Positions 61,087 to 64,000 of a stretch of 64,000 bases of DNA are shown here, piece by piece. The DNA is from Eubacteriales bacterium (lineage in GTDB: Bacteria; Bacillota; Clostridia; Oscillospirales; CAG-272), in contig JAZTXP010000069.1 of NCBI GenBank assembly GCA_045636465.1, positions 1,112 to 65,111 on the forward strand, written 5' to 3'. The notes beneath the pieces were generated by a model, which worked only from the letters and a program-made list of their open reading frames with translations, was not told the origin of the DNA and did not search any database. Made by a program: the position numbers and the translations under genes. Numbering within the stretch: position 1 is the first letter of the stretch; every line of letters begins with the position of its first letter.

Positions 61087-61451
61087 CTATGAATCGTTTA
61101 GTAGTAAACCTCAAAATGCTAGGCTTGTTTTGCAGCGGTTCCCTGCTTTTGCTGTAAAATCCTTTTCGCTGAACACATCGTTTTCAGTTTTGCTGACTGC
61201 ATTATATCGTGTTTCAATGTGTTCGCGAATAGGTTGTTTATAAAGTTCACAGGATGTTTGCAAATCCTAATCAAACTCTCTATGGCAAGTATTTACGCTA
61301 TATTGTTATTTTACCTTCCAGCTTTCGTTTTTCTTGCTGCCGGGTCTATGTATATTAACTTTTACGCCAAAATCGCAACGTCCGCAAATGTCTCAAAATC
61401 AGGAATCTTTTTCAAGAAATCAAAGTTTTTTCATTAATATCCTCCAATGTG

Positions 61452-61904
61452 CTATTGCAAACTGTTTATTTCTTCTTCAGTTATACATGTATCTACATCT
61501 AATTTTTCAAGTTGTTCATACGGAACTATCTGATCGCTTTTATACATTTCTTTTGATATTACTATAGAGATTAAATAGCCAAACAACAGCATTAAAGAGA
61601 TTATTGACAACACAATAACAAAAGAAATCCAGGGTTTTCTTGTATTATCCCCACAGAATATAGATAAAAGATATCCAACTGTCAAACATATAAATGAATA
61701 TCTTGTTAAAATAATCTTTTGTGCGTTTTTCTGAAGTAGTCCTTTATCAATTATACAGTTATTGTTTTTGTCTCTTAAAGCAATATTACTACCAGGAAAA
61801 CACATTTTTAATGCATTTTCTCTTATTTTCGTAAAACATCCAAATGAAAGTATAATTGATCCTGCCAATTGAGCTGCTATCGAAATTTCATAAATCAAAT
61901 TCAT
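61452..61904 (-). CDS. Hypothetical membrane protein (about 150 aa, 3-4 hydrophobic segments), third gene of the AbiH-like operon
   Basis: ATG 61904 lies 8 nt after GAGG. Hydrophobic stretches are IAAQLAGSIILSFGCF, YSFICLTVGYLLSIF and WISFVIVLSIISLMLLFGYLISIVI, with an acidic C-terminal tail. Confidence 0.6.
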   Translation of the reverse strand: MNLIYEISIAAQLAGSIILSFGCFTKIRENALKMCFPGSNIALRDKNNNCIIDKGLLQKNAQKIILTRYSFICLTVGYLLSIFCGDNTRKPWISFVIVLSIISLMLLFGYLISIVISKEMYKSDQIVPYEQLEKLDVDTCITEEEINSLQ

Positions 61905-61937
61905 AAATCTTACCTCACATAGCATTCTTACATCATA

Positions 61938-62147
61938 TTAAATACGATTTGCATCGTAAATAGCATATCCAATTGATTTTCGATTATCGATAGCTACTTT
62001 TTTAATTTCATCAAGCACTTTTTGAGTCTCTATATAATTTTGAGCGCTCTTTTTTGATTCAAAGTAAGATGTGACCATTGAAACTATAGCAAGGGCGATT
62101 GATATAACTCCAATTATTAAAGACCATGTATTTATATCCATATACAT
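61938..62147 (-). CDS. Hypothetical single-pass membrane protein (67-69 aa), second gene of the AbiH-like operon
   Basis: GGAGG SD. N-terminal TM helix WSLIIGVISIALAIVSMV, then a charged helical tail. It starts 17 nt after the upstream stop. Confidence 0.6.
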   Translation of the reverse strand: MYMDINTWSLIIGVISIALAIVSMVTSYFESKKSAQNYIETQKVLDEIKKVAIDNRKSIGYAIYDANRI

Positions 62148-62164
62148 TAACCTCCGATAAAAGA

Positions 62165-63274
62165 TTATTTCATAACAAAAGTTTTGGGTTCGTATGTTTC
62201 TAAGGGATTGAACTCTGTTGATTCTTTTAATGTATGTGGTACAATCTCTTTAAAAGAAAAATTAAACAGCTTTTTGCCGATAGGAATATGTATCTGCTCT
62301 AGAACTGAATCATCGTCTATTTGTAGTTTCTTCAATAATTGGACTTTAATCTCATCTTCAACATCCATAATTTGATCATAATTATGCGGGTCTATGATTG
62401 GAGTATTATGCTTATAGAACACAAGATGATGGTTTTTATCTTTCTCTAACCAATCTGAAATCAACCAAACCCAGCTATTATCAGATTCTCCCATCGAAAA
62501 GCCATAAACACATATAATAGAGCTGTCCATTATAGCCTTTCTTGCGTTTTCGACTCTTGTGTTGTCAAATTGCTTATTGAAAAGAGTCTTGATAAAAGCT
62601 CGTTCGCCTTTTTTTGTAATTTTATACTTGATCTCCATCAACTGATCCGGATCGTCAACACCTAGCACAACATCCTCGCCAAGTTTTCCGTGTATGTGAA
62701 TAGGAGTATTTTCATAGATAAGGCTACTTTTAAAATTAATATTCAAAATAGCCTCTAATGACATTGTATAATTAAATGTTATATAATTACGAACAATAGT
62801 GTTTTCTCCAATTACAGATTTGATTTGTGTTATATCATTTGGTATGAGTCCATGGTAAAATTCATTAAACGAACGATTAACCTCTTGGTGAAATGCACGA
62901 TTATTAGCAATATTTCCAAACTGCTCCAATATTTTTTTATTTTCTTTTTCCAAATGTTTCACCATGAAACCCTTGAAATCTCTAACACATTCTACTAACT
63001 CGTTTTCTGTTTCAAGTGTTTTAGCATAAGATGCCATTCCCATTTCAAAGTCAGACCAGTTTTCATAATTGTTATTCGCTTTTGACTTTAACTCTTTTTT
63101 GAAATGAGCAATAATATCTGATGATGATTGGGATTTTATATAGTCATCGTACACATCTGTATATTTAGTTTTCATTTCAAGCCCCAAGTCTAAACCATTG
63201 CCAAATATAAACGTGATTTTACATTCCTTCGAGATGTTTTTTGTATCGACAAGTTGTATTGTTTTAGGTTTCAT
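62165..63274 (-). CDS. AbiH-like abortive-infection family protein
   Basis: Three colinear motifs as I recall them for the AbiH family: N-terminal ITFIFGNGLDLGLEMKTKYTDVYDDY, central TPIHIHGKLGEDVVLGVDD, and distal SIICVYGFSMGESDNSW. SD is GAGGTGA 6 nt before the ATG. Confidence 0.65.
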   Translation of the reverse strand: MKPKTIQLVDTKNISKECKITFIFGNGLDLGLEMKTKYTDVYDDYIKSQSSSDIIAHFKKELKSKANNNYENWSDFEMGMASYAKTLETENELVECVRDFKGFMVKHLEKENKKILEQFGNIANNRAFHQEVNRSFNEFYHGLIPNDITQIKSVIGENTIVRNYITFNYTMSLEAILNINFKSSLIYENTPIHIHGKLGEDVVLGVDDPDQLMEIKYKITKKGERAFIKTLFNKQFDNTRVENARKAIMDSSIICVYGFSMGESDNSWVWLISDWLEKDKNHHLVFYKHNTPIIDPHNYDQIMDVEDEIKVQLLKKLQIDDDSVLEQIHIPIGKKLFNFSFKEIVPHTLKESTEFNPLETYEPKTFVMK

Positions 63275-63369
63275 TCGTTTTCACCTCACCCAAAGTATTT
63301 TTGCATTAATTATTTTTCGAGAATTTCGAGCTTTTCAAGACTCTTTTTAATAAAATTTTGTTTTTCCTT

Positions 63370-63398
63370 ATTATACCACAAAATCTGACCAATTGCAA
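63370..63398 (-). promoter_or_regulatory. Sigma-A promoter of the AbiH-like operon
   Basis: Minus strand: TTGCAA, 17-nt spacer, TGG-TATAAT (extended -10). Confidence 0.6.
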
Positions 63399-63509
63399 CA
63401 TTTATGAAAACAACTCGAAAAGACAATTATTATTTATTTGCTAAATTATATAGGGTGATAATCCGGTGCTCTACTATTGCTCAATATAATTTTTGAAGGT
63501 GGATTAAAT

Positions 63510-63872
63510 ATGGATAATAAAGAAAATGAGGTTAACAAGGTCACAGAAACACTAAAGAAGGAACTAGAGAGCCTCAGTTCAGAGGGATTACATGAGTTCT
63601 TTAAGTTCGTGTATAAAATGAATCACGTGCATGGGAACATGATGGCAGTTGATCAGTTTGAAGAGTTTTTAGAGGCTTTTGATAGTAATCCTTTTAAGGT
63701 GAATGAAGACAAAGGCTTTAGAAAGCAGCTGATAGAAAATATTATAAAATATTCTCAAGATCATATGAGTTTAATAACTGCTGCCCTGCTTATAAAGAAG
63801 AAATTTACTATTGAAGAGCTTGCTCAAAATTACTACTCAAGTGTAGATTTATTTGATGGAAATTGGTATTAA
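63510..63872 (+). CDS. Hypothetical protein (120 aa), divergent from the AbiH-like operon
   Basis: ATG 63510 after GGTGGA. Helical, with no TM segment and no motif I recognise. Confidence 0.45.
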   Translation: MDNKENEVNKVTETLKKELESLSSEGLHEFFKFVYKMNHVHGNMMAVDQFEEFLEAFDSNPFKVNEDKGFRKQLIENIIKYSQDHMSLITAALLIKKKFTIEELAQNYYSSVDLFDGNWY

Positions 63873-63924
63873 ATAATTTATCTAGCAGAGAGCACAAATA
63901 TAAAAATGCGATGGATAAAAAAGG

Positions 63925-63960
63925 AAGCTGGCAGTCTAAATTAAGGCTGTCAGCTTTTTG
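63925..63960 (+). terminator. Terminator after the 120-aa gene
   Basis: AAGCTGGCAG ... CTGTCAGCTT followed by TTT. Confidence 0.6.
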
Positions 63961-64000
63961 AATGTTGACGAATAATTATTCGCTAAATTAAATGAATGTT

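Noticed and set aside
1-64000. CRISPR arrays, IS elements with terminal inverted repeats, rRNA operons
   Set aside because: By eye I found no regularly spaced short direct repeats, no transposase-like ORFs, and no rRNA-like long non-coding GC-balanced stretches. The only repeats found are the spoVT duplication and the short motif repeats upstream of spo0A.

Overview
This is a chromosomal segment from a spore-forming Firmicute, clostridial in style. It is gene-dense, with short intergenic gaps and many overlapping stop/start junctions. Most of the window is conserved housekeeping and sporulation backbone: ffh-rpsP-KH, glpK, rsmA, ackA, tmcAL, spoVT, dnaG-sigA, hflX, rpmE, spoIIGA-sigE, lepA-hemW, mutS2, recO-era-ybeY-phoH-yqfD-yqfC, ylbJ, GTP-PEPCK, spo0A, dnaX-ybaB-recR, sigK, ppa, ung, xpt, uppP, rplS, pyk and oadB. 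RNA genes I can support are tRNA-Thr(CGU), tRNA-Leu(CAA), a long Bacillus-type SRP RNA upstream of dnaX, and a probable 6S RNA between a DUF1292 gene and spoIIGA. Two visibly AT-richer accessory patches interrupt the backbone. (1) At 12.1-13.7 kb, a 183-bp direct duplication of the spoVT 5' end plus its divergent promoter region flanks or precedes two orphan small genes. (2) From about 57.7 kb to the window end lies an island remnant with a 3'-truncated tyrosine integrase, unknown membrane and zinc-ribbon proteins, and an AbiH-like gene. The AbiH-like gene appears co-transcribed with two small transmembrane proteins, and this is my best candidate for an undescribed defence module. Other points worth a second look: a YqfD-PhoH fused reading frame that depends on one A6 homopolymer, a MazF/EndoA-type toxin with no antitoxin gene, a pseudo-receiver/winged-helix protein just upstream of an uninterrupted sigK, and an unannotated OadG-like mini-ORF. 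All family assignments come from reading motifs by eye. No database search was run.
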